Shown: positions 38,073 to 51,100 of the stretch, piece by piece
How positions within the stretch are numbered: position 1 is the stretch's first letter
Layout: every line of letters begins with the position of its first letter
Assembly (NCBI GenBank): GCA_965603825.1
Contig: CBFDEM010000038.1
Coordinates: 124,001-188,000, forward strand
Source of the DNA: Blepharisma stoltei ATCC 30299
Taxonomy: Eukaryota > Protista > Ciliophora
Direction of reading: 5' to 3'
DNA length: 64,000 nt
Notes under the pieces: generated by a model
Seen by the model: the letters and a program-made list of their open reading frames with translations, nothing else
The model's database searches: none
Told to the model about the DNA's origin: nothing
Position numbers and translations under genes: made by a program

Positions 38073-38597
38073 ATGGGTTGTGGAAATATTAGGCTTCCTC
38101 CTCTTACACAAGATTCAATATATGACTTCTCAATGAAAGACATTGAAGGAAATACGATTTCCTTATCGAAATACCAAGGCAATGTCTTAATTATAACCAA
38201 TGTAGCATCAGGCTGTGGACTGACCAAAAGAACTTATTTAGAATTAAATGAGCTCTACAATAAATACAAAGCCAGAGGACTAGCTATTCTTGCTTTTCCT
38301 TGCAACCAGTTTTTCTGCGGAGAACCTGGATCCAGTGCAGACATCAAAGATGCTGTGAAACACAGTTTAAGGGTCGATTTTGATTTATTTGAAAAAATCG
38401 ACGTCAATGGAGAATGCGCATGCGAAATGTTTAGATTTTTGAGGGAAAAAAGCTCGCTTAAAGGATGCAAAATCGGATGGAATTTTGGGAAGTTTATAAT
38501 CAATAAGCGAGGAAAAATTGTGAACTACCATGGACCTAGAAAAATGCCTTCAAGCTTCGAGAGCGAAATTATTAAGTTGCTAGATGAACAGAATTAA
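38073..38597 (+). CDS. GPX: Glutathione peroxidase family protein (Cys-type, PHGPx-like), 174 aa
   Basis: Motifs NVASGCGLT, LAFPCNQF, FEKIDVNG and WNFGKF. TAA stop, no internal TGA. Confidence 0.95.
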   Translation: MGCGNIRLPPLTQDSIYDFSMKDIEGNTISLSKYQGNVLIITNVASGCGLTKRTYLELNELYNKYKARGLAILAFPCNQFFCGEPGSSADIKDAVKHSLRVDFDLFEKIDVNGECACEMFRFLREKSSLKGCKIGWNFGKFIINKRGKIVNYHGPRKMPSSFESEIIKLLDEQN

Positions 38598-39198
38598 CAG
38601 AGTTCCCCAATAGTCGGGGAGTTATACATTAAGTTTAGTCTTTATTTCTATTAGAATATTTTGTATCTTAACAGGGTTTTTTTTTGGCGGTTATATATAT
38701 GGTTTGAGAATTTATTAATATATCAAACAGAATTTGATTTTTTTATATTTCATCAGATGATTTTCAGCTAAGGTTACAGAATTCAACTAAATTTGTTTTT
38801 ACCAGTATAAAGCAAGAAACGATAAAGAAATTGATGGAGTTTTCTTTAATAAAATTCAAGTCCTTTTCTGTTAAAAAGATAAAAATGTTTTTAATTAAGC
38901 TAATCGATTTTTTTTTAAAAATTAGTATTTCCTTCTTAGTTTATTAGCATTTTAGTCAAAATAGGCTATTTCTGACCTGCTGATAGATGAGTTTTTATTT
39001 TGGCAATTATGCCCATTTTGAAATATATAATCTATAAAATAAGAGTTATTTAATATATAATTTGCTTTTTGAATTAATTCTAAATAAATTTTTACTGTCC
39101 TAGGTATTCTCTAGAAAATTTTATTATCTCACTAATTTCTCATCTCAATCATGATTTATTTATTCCATAATTAATCAGACGATTTAACTCTAATTTAT

Positions 39199-42100
39199 TT
39201 AATCTCTTCCTTTCTTCCAATTTTTCTGCGGTTTTGATACTTTCTTTTTGACAGCACTAGGCTCTTGATGCAAAACCTCAGCTTTACGAGAATTTATATT
39301 ATGATTTTTTGCATAGAAAAATTCATATGCGTTTAATGAATGGGAAATCTCAATTGAAATTGGGAAAATTTCACCTAGACTATCAATTTTCCCTTGGTCA
39401 ACATTAAGGTCCCAAAAATCATATCTCACAATATATGTGTTTAGCTTATCCTCAGGATTCAAATTTGCTGTTGAATTTCTAATAATAAACCTCATTAGTG
39501 CTTCTTCTATTTGTAATCTACTTGGATATAAGTCAGGATTAATATCAACTTTTTTGATAAGCTCTATAATAGAATCTTCTACTATATTAGCTTTTTCAGT
39601 TAATTTGTATTCTGGATTTATGAAACCCTTTGTAAATGGGAAATATTTTGCTTCAACAATCTGATATAGAGAAATGACATATTCCAGCTTAATTTCTGAT
39701 ATTCTTGTCCTATCTCTCAAATAAGTGGAAATCCTTAAAGAGTTTAGCTTTGTGCAGAAATCAATAACAGAGCAGTTATTTTCTCTTTTGGAATACCGAA
39801 GGTAGCAAAGAACACGATTAAATGATGTATATATATCTTTAAGCTTTATTGCATAATCCATTTTTGCCTCTTTTTCTAATTCACTGAAAAACAATTCAAC
39901 ATGATGCAATTGCTCTTGCTCCAATGATTTTTGTGGGATTATTTCTTTTATTTCCATTAAAAGTCCTGACTCTTCACTGGTTATATTTATAAGCTCTCCC
40001 TGATATTGGATTAAATCAAGTCTACTTGTATCAATGAGTTTCGCTAAAAGTAGCTTTTTAGTTATTAATTTTTGCATCCTTTCAAAGTCATAAATAATTT
40101 CTTTTCCTTTGCCATATATAGGGTTACACAGTGAGCATGTTTCAAGAAGATGTGTATCATCTATATTAAGCGATATTATATTTTGCTCTTTTAGCTTTTG
40201 TAAAGGGTATTTTGCTACCTCCTTATGATTTTCTTCTTCGCCTTGTGGGGTTTCTTTATTTCTAAAGTTATTTGAAATTACTGTTCTAATTTGTGAGAGA
40301 TATTTATTTTGAATTTCTCCAAGTTCAATTAAAGCAGCAGCCATATACATTCCGCCATCCATTACTTTATTGTCAACAAGAAAATATGCGAGCGGAGTGT
40401 CAATGGTAAATTCATTTATAGGCTTTAATTCTTTGCAGCCATAATGGAGATATTTAATTCCTTTATATTTTCACGCTTCTAAAAATTTAGTAAATAGTGG
40501 CTGTATTTCTGGATTTGAGTTTATTGCTTCTCCGACAGTAATTTTATAAGCGCCTGCACGCAGGATTTTATGGTTATATATATCAAATAAGCTGTTTGTA
40601 AATTCAATAATCGGGTATAATGATTCAATTTTTCCAATTTCATCAGAATTATTTAAAAATGCATTAATCAGTCTAAATTCGTTTGGAGACTGGCCTAATA
40701 AAAACCGATTTTTCATGTTTTCGAGTGAAGGTTCTTCTTTATTCCTGAAAAGTTCTATATAAGGATAGTTTTTATCTTCAGTTAAATTGAAAAACTCATA
40801 TAAATAATCTTTAAAAGAATACTCGATTTCAAAGTTCTTTTTAAGATAATTTGAGTAATCGGCGATTGAATTTTGTGAGTTTAAGTTAGGACTAATCAAT
40901 TTATTTTCGAAACGTTTTTCGAATTCATCCCTTATCGTAGATGATTTTGAGCCAACATTATTTTCAAGTATCAGCTCGTCTAGGTTTGCTAATATTTTAT
41001 ATACCCATAAATAGCCAGAATCAGAGTGACTTAGTTCTAGTAGCTTTTCATAATCTGATTTTATTGATCTTCTTAAGCATTTACTGCTGGATTCATGCAA
41101 ATGAGAAGAGTTTATTAATGTTTCAAGCTCTTTTTCATTAATTGATCCTAATTGATGTAATACAAAAATGATACTGCATAAAACAAAATGCTCAGCAAGA
41201 TAGCTGGCTGGATTTAGACCTCGAATTGAGCTTGTTTCTCCTATTAGTGTTCCAAAGAAGCTTAAACCAGTTTCAGCTTCTTTGCGATGTCTTAGAACAG
41301 CTTTTTCAACAAATTCACGCGCTTCTCTATCAGATAGATTCACATGTCCTTCTCTTTCTACCAACTTATGGCGACTCCCTCCTATTTTTCTTCCGCAGAA
41401 AGGACACAAAGATTGTTGAGTAGGACCTCCACACCTTGTTACCGGATAAATATAGTCACAGTCAATAGAGCATTTATAGGTACTGCCATTTGCATATTTT
41501 TTACTCCAAGTATTAGTTATAAAGGAATCAAAATTATTGTGAATATCTTGAATATACTTATGCAATTGGTTAGGTTCTGCTGCAAAAATATATTGGCTTT
41601 TAAATCTTTCAATTAAACCATCTACAGAGCCATTTTCATTGAAGAAAACAGATGAAATCGGATTTTCCAATTGACTATATGACAATGCGACTGTAAAAAC
41701 TCCTAATGTTGTTAAAATTCTATGTAATTCTATATCTGGTGTATTTGTTTCAAGTCTTAAATCAGAGCCAATTGGGAAATTATTGATGAAGCAGACAAAT
41801 ATATTATAAAATTCTTTGCCAAGACTATTAAGAATCTCATCCCCCTTGCGACCTAACCATATAATAATATTTTTATTCATTTCTTTTTCCTTTGAATAAA
41901 TTGAAAATATTTCATTTAAAAATGCAATTCCTAAGGCAAGCTTTTGATCAGGGCTTTGAATTTCAATTAGAATTCTATCATTTTCATTTTGGTCGCCGGC
42001 TTTATTCAAAATGTTTCTGAGGAGTCTTACATTGTTTTTATAAATTTCTGAAATTCTAGGGAACACTAAAAATGAATCTAAATTTAGTTTGATTTGTGGC

Positions 42101-45100
42101 TTTTTTTCTTCTTCGAGCTCTTTTATGCGTCTAGTTCAATTGAGATTGGGATACTCAAGTATAAAGTTGCTTAGTTCATATCCTTTAATTAGTAAAATTT
42201 TTTTAATGCAATATAGCTTTAAAGTATCACCTATATCTGATTTAGTAATTATTCTATCAATATTTTCTAAAATTTCAAAATCTTCATCAAGCTTTTGCGC
42301 AAGAGCACAGCAGTAAATATCAAGATATATCTTCACCAAAATTAATGAGATTAGTTTTTTTATTCTTGGCAAATTGATCTCATCATAACGCGCTTTGTTT
42401 AAAAAATATTCAAAGAAAGTAAAGTCTCTAAGCCCTTCTTTATAAAATTTGTTATTTTCTTCACTTTTAAGCAATTTTTCTAAGCTATCACCAAAAATTA
42501 TACCAAATTTACTACAGATTCCTTTATTTTCCAGAACTTTTTCAATGCCTTCTAAGTAATCATTATTTTCCAGCTCAAAATCGGCATTAAAATTATTTAA
42601 GATATTTTTTCTTAATTCGTGCATTGAATTCTCAATTTCCGATTTATCTTCAATAATATTCATAATTTTTGTTGAAAATTGTCAAAATTCTTCATTTTCG
42701 AGCTCCTCAGCAATATTTACTATATATTGTGGATCTATATTAATCTGAAGCTTAAGGAAAGAGCTCATAAATTTGTGATATTGCAAGGAGTTTCTATAAT
42801 GATTTTTCACATTTTCAAGAATATAACGTGCAAAATTTTCATTATATAAAAATGTATCTTCTTCTTTATTGCCTATTGCTTTTATCTGGTTCAAAATATT
42901 TAATATATCCACTTTATTTTCATCACTTTTTCCAATTAATTTACTATATGAAACCCAAAATTCAAGGATATCCAGAGTATCTATAGAAATATCTTCTTTC
43001 AGCTCTATTTCAGTCAGTAAATAATATAAATTTTCAGCTTTTATTGAATATTCCAGAACATCAAATTCTAGATTATTATCTAAGTGAGGTCTCATTTCGC
43101 ATATTAACTTTTTATAGACTAAATTTAATGCAATTTTCCATTTTTGTTGATTTTCATCCTCATTTTCTTCTTGATCCATAGGAAAAGAATCTATATTAAG
43201 CAAAATATTTTCCAAAATACTAACTACTTCACCCGACAGGTCTGGCATAACATCTATCGCATGACACAATAAGACTCCAAGCTCTTCAATTTGCATGAAT
43301 GATATTAATTTTTTCTCAAATGAGTCATCATCATAGAAGATTATTTTAAGCAAAATTGAAATCATTTTCTTATGATCTAAACTCAGTAAATTTTCCTTCA
43401 GATAGATTGAGATAAGGTCATTAAAATAAAGATCCTGGAGCTCAGAATGCTCTATATTGAAATCTATTTTTTCTTTATATATAGAGAATTTATGATATTC
43501 TTCAGTAAATTTTTCAAAAGAAGTTTGAATAGGATTATTATTCACTTCAGAAATTTTATATAAGTTAAAAGCAGCAATAACAGCTTTATAGTCCATTCTT
43601 GAAAACGGGAAATATAGCTCATACTCATATTTTAACAGGTTTCCTTGGTTTAATTTTTGTAGTCCGATATTATTGTCTATTGTCATGCTTTTAAAAATAT
43701 CAAGCCATATCTGTTTTCTTAAATCATTGAATTTGCAATAAGGCTTAATAAAAGGCTGCACATAGCTTAAAAGAGCACTTTTCTCCTCAAGAACATAAAT
43801 AATCAGCTGAAGAGCGCTCTCTATTTCCATCCCTAATGACTTGCTAATGGCTTCATAAAGATTTGCAGAATCGTCAATAAGTTTCGGGTTTAAAAATATT
43901 TCTATTCTTCAGTCTTGCTTGATATTGACAGTTTTCAAATATTTCCATATTTTATCTTTAAAATGGGCAGAAATATCAGGATCAGTTCCAATCGTCTTAA
44001 CAGTATTTGTGATATAATTATTAAATTCATAGCTTTTACCTGCATTAATCTCAACTTTAAACGAAAGCATGCATTTTTCTACTAAATACTCAATTTCTTT
44101 TGAAAAATCGAAAATATGGTCAGACATTATTAATGATTTGCTATTTGATAATATGATTTCGTCTGTAATTTCAAATGGACAAGTAGTTAAGCAATCAAAC
44201 ATTTTCATTTTCCATCACTCAAATATCATCATATTTGAGCTGTATTTTATATTTCTCTTAATATGAATAACTATACAAAATTTCTTTTTCAATGAAGGAT
44301 TTTCTGTATTTAATTTATCGATCAAAAATTTCACAAGTGGGAGATGATTGCACTCTTCCCCAAAATCAACTTCCAGAACGAAAACATTTTTTTCTTCACT
44401 TTTATAAAAAGATTTTAGTTCTTTTGTTAAATCTTTCTTTGAGCTATACATAACCATCTCTTTAATTATGATTTTTTCATCATCATTTGTATTGAAAATT
44501 TTTTCTGAAATTTTTTTATCATAAGTAAAAGCAATCAATTTATCAAAATCGCTTTTATCATCTATCATTGATTTGATTGTATCTTGGAAGTTGATCTCGT
44601 GGAGCTTTTTCCAGGTATTTTTTATGTTTTCTTTGATGCCTGGGTCTATCGAAATTAGCTCTAGCAATATTAAGATATCAGAAGGGGCGATTTCTAAAAG
44701 AATCTCTCCACATTTTTCTAAAGTATGCTTCTTTTTTCCTTGGCTATTGAAAAGTATAAGCAATGCTAATGTATCACTGCTGTAAATAGGGAACAAATGA
44801 TTTTTTGTGAGACTTACTATTTCTTGATCATTAATTGTAAAAAATGAATCAATCCAGCTTTCAAGTTTTTCTAATAAATCAATTTGTTTGTCATTAAGTA
44901 GCTTATCAATAGATAAATAATGCTTTTCAAATCTATTTAGAAAAGGAGCATCTGTCTTAGCAACATCACTTGGACTTATCAGTGCAATTGCGTGGAAATT
45001 TTGATTAACATAGCATCTTGGGGTAAAGTTATCTTCAATTGAAATATTGCAATATTTTCGTGATCCTTGTATTGAAAAATTCTGGTTAAATAAATCGTAA

Positions 45101-48100
45101 AGTGAGCTATAAATATGGTCCAAGTCTTTCAAAACAATAGATATCCCAAGCTCCATATAAATTATAATATCATTTAAAGACTCAACACCATAATTATCCT
45201 GATTTAGATCATTCGGCAAACTACTACCCACTAGTATCCTCCTATCGTTAAGCTTATCCAAATATTTATCCAAAATAAAAGTAGCTATATCAGGTTTGCC
45301 AATTAGCATCAAATATCTTGCGTTTGGGTCATTTAAATTATCCTTTATTAAATCTAGAGTTCTTGCATTTGTCTCAGGTAAATTAATTTTGTAGTACTCA
45401 TTAAATAAAGAGCACATAATAGCAGTTCCGTGTCTTGTCCCTCCAAAATTTCTTTCAATTGCAGTTTTTACACATTTAAGAGTATATTGACTTGTACTCA
45501 CGTCTTTTTTAGATAAATTTAATGAGACATTTTTAATTAAATGGTAAAAGTCTCGTAATCCATAAAAATTTGCAATTTCTGTTTCTTTAGTTTGATTTTT
45601 AAGTCCTGCATAAGCCATAGTAAGCTTAGAAATAACATGCTCGTAAGTTTTATTTTCAGTGTATGATTTATAAATACTTAATGCAGTCAATTCCAAATCC
45701 TTTTCATCAGGATCAGGCCTAGCTAAATATAGCGCTCTATTCATTTTAGAGGCATCTAGTCTTCAGTTAGAAATTCCAATAAATCCAACATTTATATTTT
45801 TTTTTTCTAAATAGTTATGAAGAACTTTCAAAGGATTGCGCTTTGATAGCTCAGCTAAACCAATTTCATCAAATACAATTACAGCTAAAACCCCATGGTT
45901 TATTTTTGGATATCTTTCTGCATTTTCAAACACCTTAATAATTGATTCAGATTTGCAAGTTTCAGAGCCTTGAAAATGAACCATTTTAAGTTCTGGCAAT
46001 GTCCTAAAATAAGGATCATTTGATTTTTTACCTGTGAGATTAGAAAAAATTAATTGTACTGATAAAGATTTACTACTTCCTGGCTTCCCACATATAAAAA
46101 GAGGTATTTTATTAACAATGCATGGAATAGCTGCAAAAATGTTTTCCTTTAAAGCATTATTTAAAGCTGTTCCTTTTGGTAATTCCATTCTTGATACAAA
46201 ATCATTTTGCTCAATTTCAATGATTTCTTTTATTTTTTGTATATTTATTAAATCAGGTCTTCGAAGAGAATCAACAATTTTATGCAAAAATTTTTCTCTA
46301 TAAATATGAGAGGCAATTCTTAAGTAATAGCAAAGAGAAAAAGCAAGAATTCCAGCTGAGAGTTCAATTTCTCTAAAGGTTCCTTCATATCTTATGCTTC
46401 CCCTGTATATTTCTGCTGACTCAGTGCACCGATCATAAATGGATTTTTTAAACCATAAATACAAATCAACGAATCTCGAAACATCCCTTAAACTAACACT
46501 GCTAACGTCTTCTTCTTCCTGAAAATGCTTGTGGGCAAGGCAAATCATGCTCACAAAAATTTCTTTATGCTGCGATTTAATTTTATCAAGCATAGTGGAT
46601 ATATAAATCCTTACATTTTCATGTGTAAGTGTTCCGAAATCCCATACATAATCAATCATTGTTCCAGGGAGAGGCTTTACTACGTGGACAAGTTTACTCT
46701 CATTTTGCATTCTTCTTTCCTTTTGAATTCCAACATTTTCTAATATGTTTTTGTTTGAAGAAACTCTATAAGGATTACAAGCTCCAAGAAATGCGATATT
46801 TGGGGGCAAAGGATTACCATCAAGTGTTCTTTCACACATAATTTCACAAATCATACCAATGGAATCAGTCGTGTTGAATTCGTCGAAAAATACCCACAAT
46901 TTCTCATTTGAGTCGATTCTTCGGGATCTGTCTATTAATTTTCTCATTTCTTTTCTTATATCTTCTGATGTTATGCCTGCATGAATACTTATTTTGGCAA
47001 AAAGATGAGTCTCTTCATTTTTAGTTTCTTCAGATTTTGTAGCTATCGGTTTTCCTAGTACTTTCTTTACGAGAAACTGGATCAAAGATGTTTTCCCACA
47101 TCCAGTTTCCCCCATGATAATTACTGGCAGTCCTGAATAAACTCTAAGGTAAATAAGGTTCATTTTTAAGAAATTATCAGGTGTCATAACATAGCTATCT
47201 TTTTTATATAAAGTTCCTAAGTCTACTCGATCTTTATTATAGCTGCTTAATTTGTCTAAAAGCTGAACATGAGTCATGCTTGAATAATCATCAATTTTAA
47301 ATCTATTTTTTTTTATCATTTTTGCTAGTTCTGGCCCGGGGATTTCGTAGTTGCTTTGTAAAAATAGCAGTTTTTGGAAATTTCTTGGGACAAGGTCTCG
47401 GTCTCGGTAAATTGGTATAAAAGATCCATCATCAAGGAAAATCAGATGAAAATGATTGGAGGATTCCCATTTAATATTACTTTGGTATCGTGATACTAAT
47501 GAAGAAATTTCATGCAATTCATCAATTTCGTTCTGGGAAATTTTTTCTGAAGATTTTTCTTGGATTTCTTTGACATTTGATATGCATTTAGTAGTGAATT
47601 CTTTGGTTGATTCTAAAATTCACTCAAAAATCATTGTTCGCATGTGAGTATATTCATCAGCAATAGACTTAAGTGCGCTCTTTTTCAAATTATCTTTATA
47701 ATTCTTAATCATTTCAGGTGAAAAAGGGCTTATCTCAAATTTCTTTAGTAATCTGTTTAATATTGATATAAATATATGTAGCTGTGCATAAGTGACTTGC
47801 TCTTTTTTACTTTGTTCTTCTATAAAATATCTTAAGAACAGCCTTTTTACTTCATCTGATGGTACAATTCTCTTATCTTCTACCGATTTTTCATCATCCA
47901 ATAATTGGCTATCGTATAATCTCAAATATCTTCCAACAACCTGCATAGGGTGATCAATATTTTCTGGCACAATTAAATCACTAATATAAAATTGATCAAG
48001 ATGAAAGAGATTGACGAAACTTAAATACTCCACAGTCTTGAAAAGGGAATTTCCAAAAGTATTTGCAGCTTCAATCCAAATTGGAGTGAATCGATTTAAT

Positions 48101-51100
48101 ACCAAAATATTTTCGGACGAGCATAAAGTCCTGAAAAGGCAAATATTGATTAAAATTTCATTTAAAAGAGCTGGGTTACTTGTGTAGCTAAGGTTTAAAT
48201 GCAAAATGCAGCTCTCAGGGACGAAACTTATCTTTGAAATCATTTCACATACTTCTGAATAATTAATGTCACCGCCAATAGGAAAAGTAACTAGATTCAG
48301 AGAATTCGTCATTGCTTGATATCTCATATGAGTTGTTTTTCCAAGTCCTGCGTGAGAGGAAGTTATCACATAACTCTTTAAATCAATATTTTTGATTAAT
48401 TTTGTTATATCTTCATCATGCAAAAATTGATTTGTACTGAATCTGGCTACTTTTGGAACAGTTAAGGATTTAAAATATTGAGATAAGTAACACTTTGAGT
48501 TTGCTGTAATTATAGCTAACCCTGATTTTATATGTCCTGATCCTAAAAGCTCATTAAAAAGAGTTTTAAATTTAATTTGATTTTCCAAGGAAAGATTTTC
48601 ACAGTTAATAAGTGAGTAAAAATTATCATAAGGATCTTTAAAATATCGGTATAAAAAAGCTTTTAGCTCTCTCCAATAGGTAGAACTCTTGCAAAATAAA
48701 ACCTGTGATGCTTCAGGGAAAAAACCGGTATAGCATTTATAAATAGAAAAAATTCCATTGAGGTATTTATTTGTTGATAGAAAAATAATTTTGTCTTGAG
48801 AATTCAATTTTTCACCTAAGATATAAGTGTTCCTTTCAAGGTTTCCAGTCTTTTTTAGAATTTCTCCTAATTTAACTAGTCTATCTCCTGGCATTCCATC
48901 TTTAATATATTCTTGCCGATAACGAATTTCGCTTTGTTTTCCCATAAATCTTAATATATTTTTAGCTTCTGACATTTTTTCACAATTTGGATCAATAATA
49001 TAATCTTCAATTGTCCAAAACTGTTTTCCACATAAAAATGTCAGTCAATAGCATTTAGAATAGGCGTCGCTTAAATCAATTTCCCAGACTTTAAATAAAT
49101 CCAAAACCTCATCTTCATATTCCTTTACAGTATCATATTTTCCATCATTGCATTGAAATTCCCTACCTATTGTTTTTTCTAAATCAGGGTAGCCATTCTG
49201 GTGTAAATCATTCATGCAAATAATGATACTATTAATAGAATTGACATAATCTACGAAAACAGGAAAATACTTAAGATTTTCATCTTCTGGGTCGCCGAAG
49301 GAGTGAGAAGTGTGCATTATCAGCTGAGCTCTGCTTTTAAGCTCACTAAGTGTTGCTATATCAAATACTTTTTGGCTACTTGGATATCGCAAATGTATAT
49401 CAAATTTATCATTTTCAAATTTAATGATAAAAATTGAATTTTTTGAAATTTCTGATATATGCTTCTTTTTGGCTTCTTCTTTACAGTTTACTTCTGTGTG
49501 CAGTTCTGTTATAGCACGAAGATTTGGGGAGCATATTTGGAGCTGCTGAGGGACTTCCATAAATTTTTTCCCATCATCTCTGTTTAATTCAAATAAATTG
49601 CATAAGTTAAAAAAATTTGAGCAAGATCTTTTAATATCTCCAATGCAGTATCATAAGTTTTCTAAATCAGAAATAGTTTTTGTGTCTACAAATTCATTTT
49701 CAAAGTTACTCACGCCTACTCTTATTTGATCTATCTCGTCTTTTCTTAAATCCAGCAAAAAGAGCACTAATTCTTTTGATTTTCCTATTTCTTGAAGCGT
49801 GGAAATTATACAATCCTTACTTTGTCTTGAAAGACTTCTATCGAACAACTCATGAACTCTTTCTGAAATATTTAAATATTCCCCAATATTTGAGTTCTCA
49901 AGTTCTGATGAAAATTCAATATATTTAGAGCATGCTTCTAAAGCATTTCTATCAGCCTCTACTGCAATTTCTTTCAGTTTCATTAATCCATGGCATGCTT
50001 TCATAAGAGTTTCGTGCTCTTGGTAATTATGTAAGCATTTTATAAGAATATTTTTATTTTCTTCATCTAATGGAACAAGAAGACTAAGAAGCATAATTTC
50101 ATCTTCAATACTCCTTAAATTAGAAAATAGCTTGACAATTTCTTTCATAGGATAAGCATTAGTATCTCTAAATAATTCAGTTAAATTATTGATCATTTTC
50201 TGATGGGCATCTTCACATGTTGATACTATAATTTTAATTGAAGAGGACGGCAATAGTAAAGATTTGTACTTGGCGAGATAATAATTATTGAATATAAATG
50301 AGTCAATTGCTGGACCAATTTTTCATGAGACTCCAATAATTAATATCATCTCGTTTGGAAATGAAAAGCTAGCAAGCTGAGTATTTGTATATTCCACTTT
50401 AAAAGCATTGCATGCATTTTCTATATTTTCATATTCTTCGATTATATTTTGGAAATGATTAGTAAATTTAGCAAAAGATTCAAATTCTTTCTCTATTAAA
50501 TTTCTTTTTGTTATAATATTTTCTATGATAAATGAAAAGTCTTGATCTCTTCTAATAAAAAATTTAAAAGATTTTTCTAACAAATTTATCATAGCAGCTC
50601 TCTGGCTTGCTGTTTGGATTTTAATAATATCAATTTGGTGTAATTCAATATTTTCTTCAAGCAGCTTATTTCCTATTTCAGATAACTTACGTATTAGGAA
50701 CTGCGAATATATTAATGGCTCATAGTACTCATAAGAGCTCAAAATAGAGCTTCATATAATTTGCTTTTCAGGTTTTTCAAATAAAGCAGTATTTAATTCG
50801 GATTCTGTATATTCAAATTCTGTAGAGGAGAGTTGATTATCTATAAGAGTGCTAAGAATTTTATTTGTCGGATATTTCATGTGGCGCTTGAAAAATTTTT
50901 CCAGTACTATATACTTTTGATGGCTAACAGAAATCTTATTATCCATAATTTTTTTATTTTCATACTCCAATTCTGCTTTTATATAAACTACATTTAATAA
51001 ATCATTTTTAGAGTCATCGATATATCTTGCACAGTCTAAAAATTCGATTTTTCTTTTTTCGCATATTGATAAGAGCTTTTCTATCAAGACTTCACAAATA

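Noticed and set aside
45763-47517. Midasin or dynein identity for the giant AAA proteins
   Set aside because: GKPGSSKS, DEIGLAE...PLKVLH, GISNWRLDASKMNR, FYGLRDFY and the RZ finger are RNF213-type signatures.
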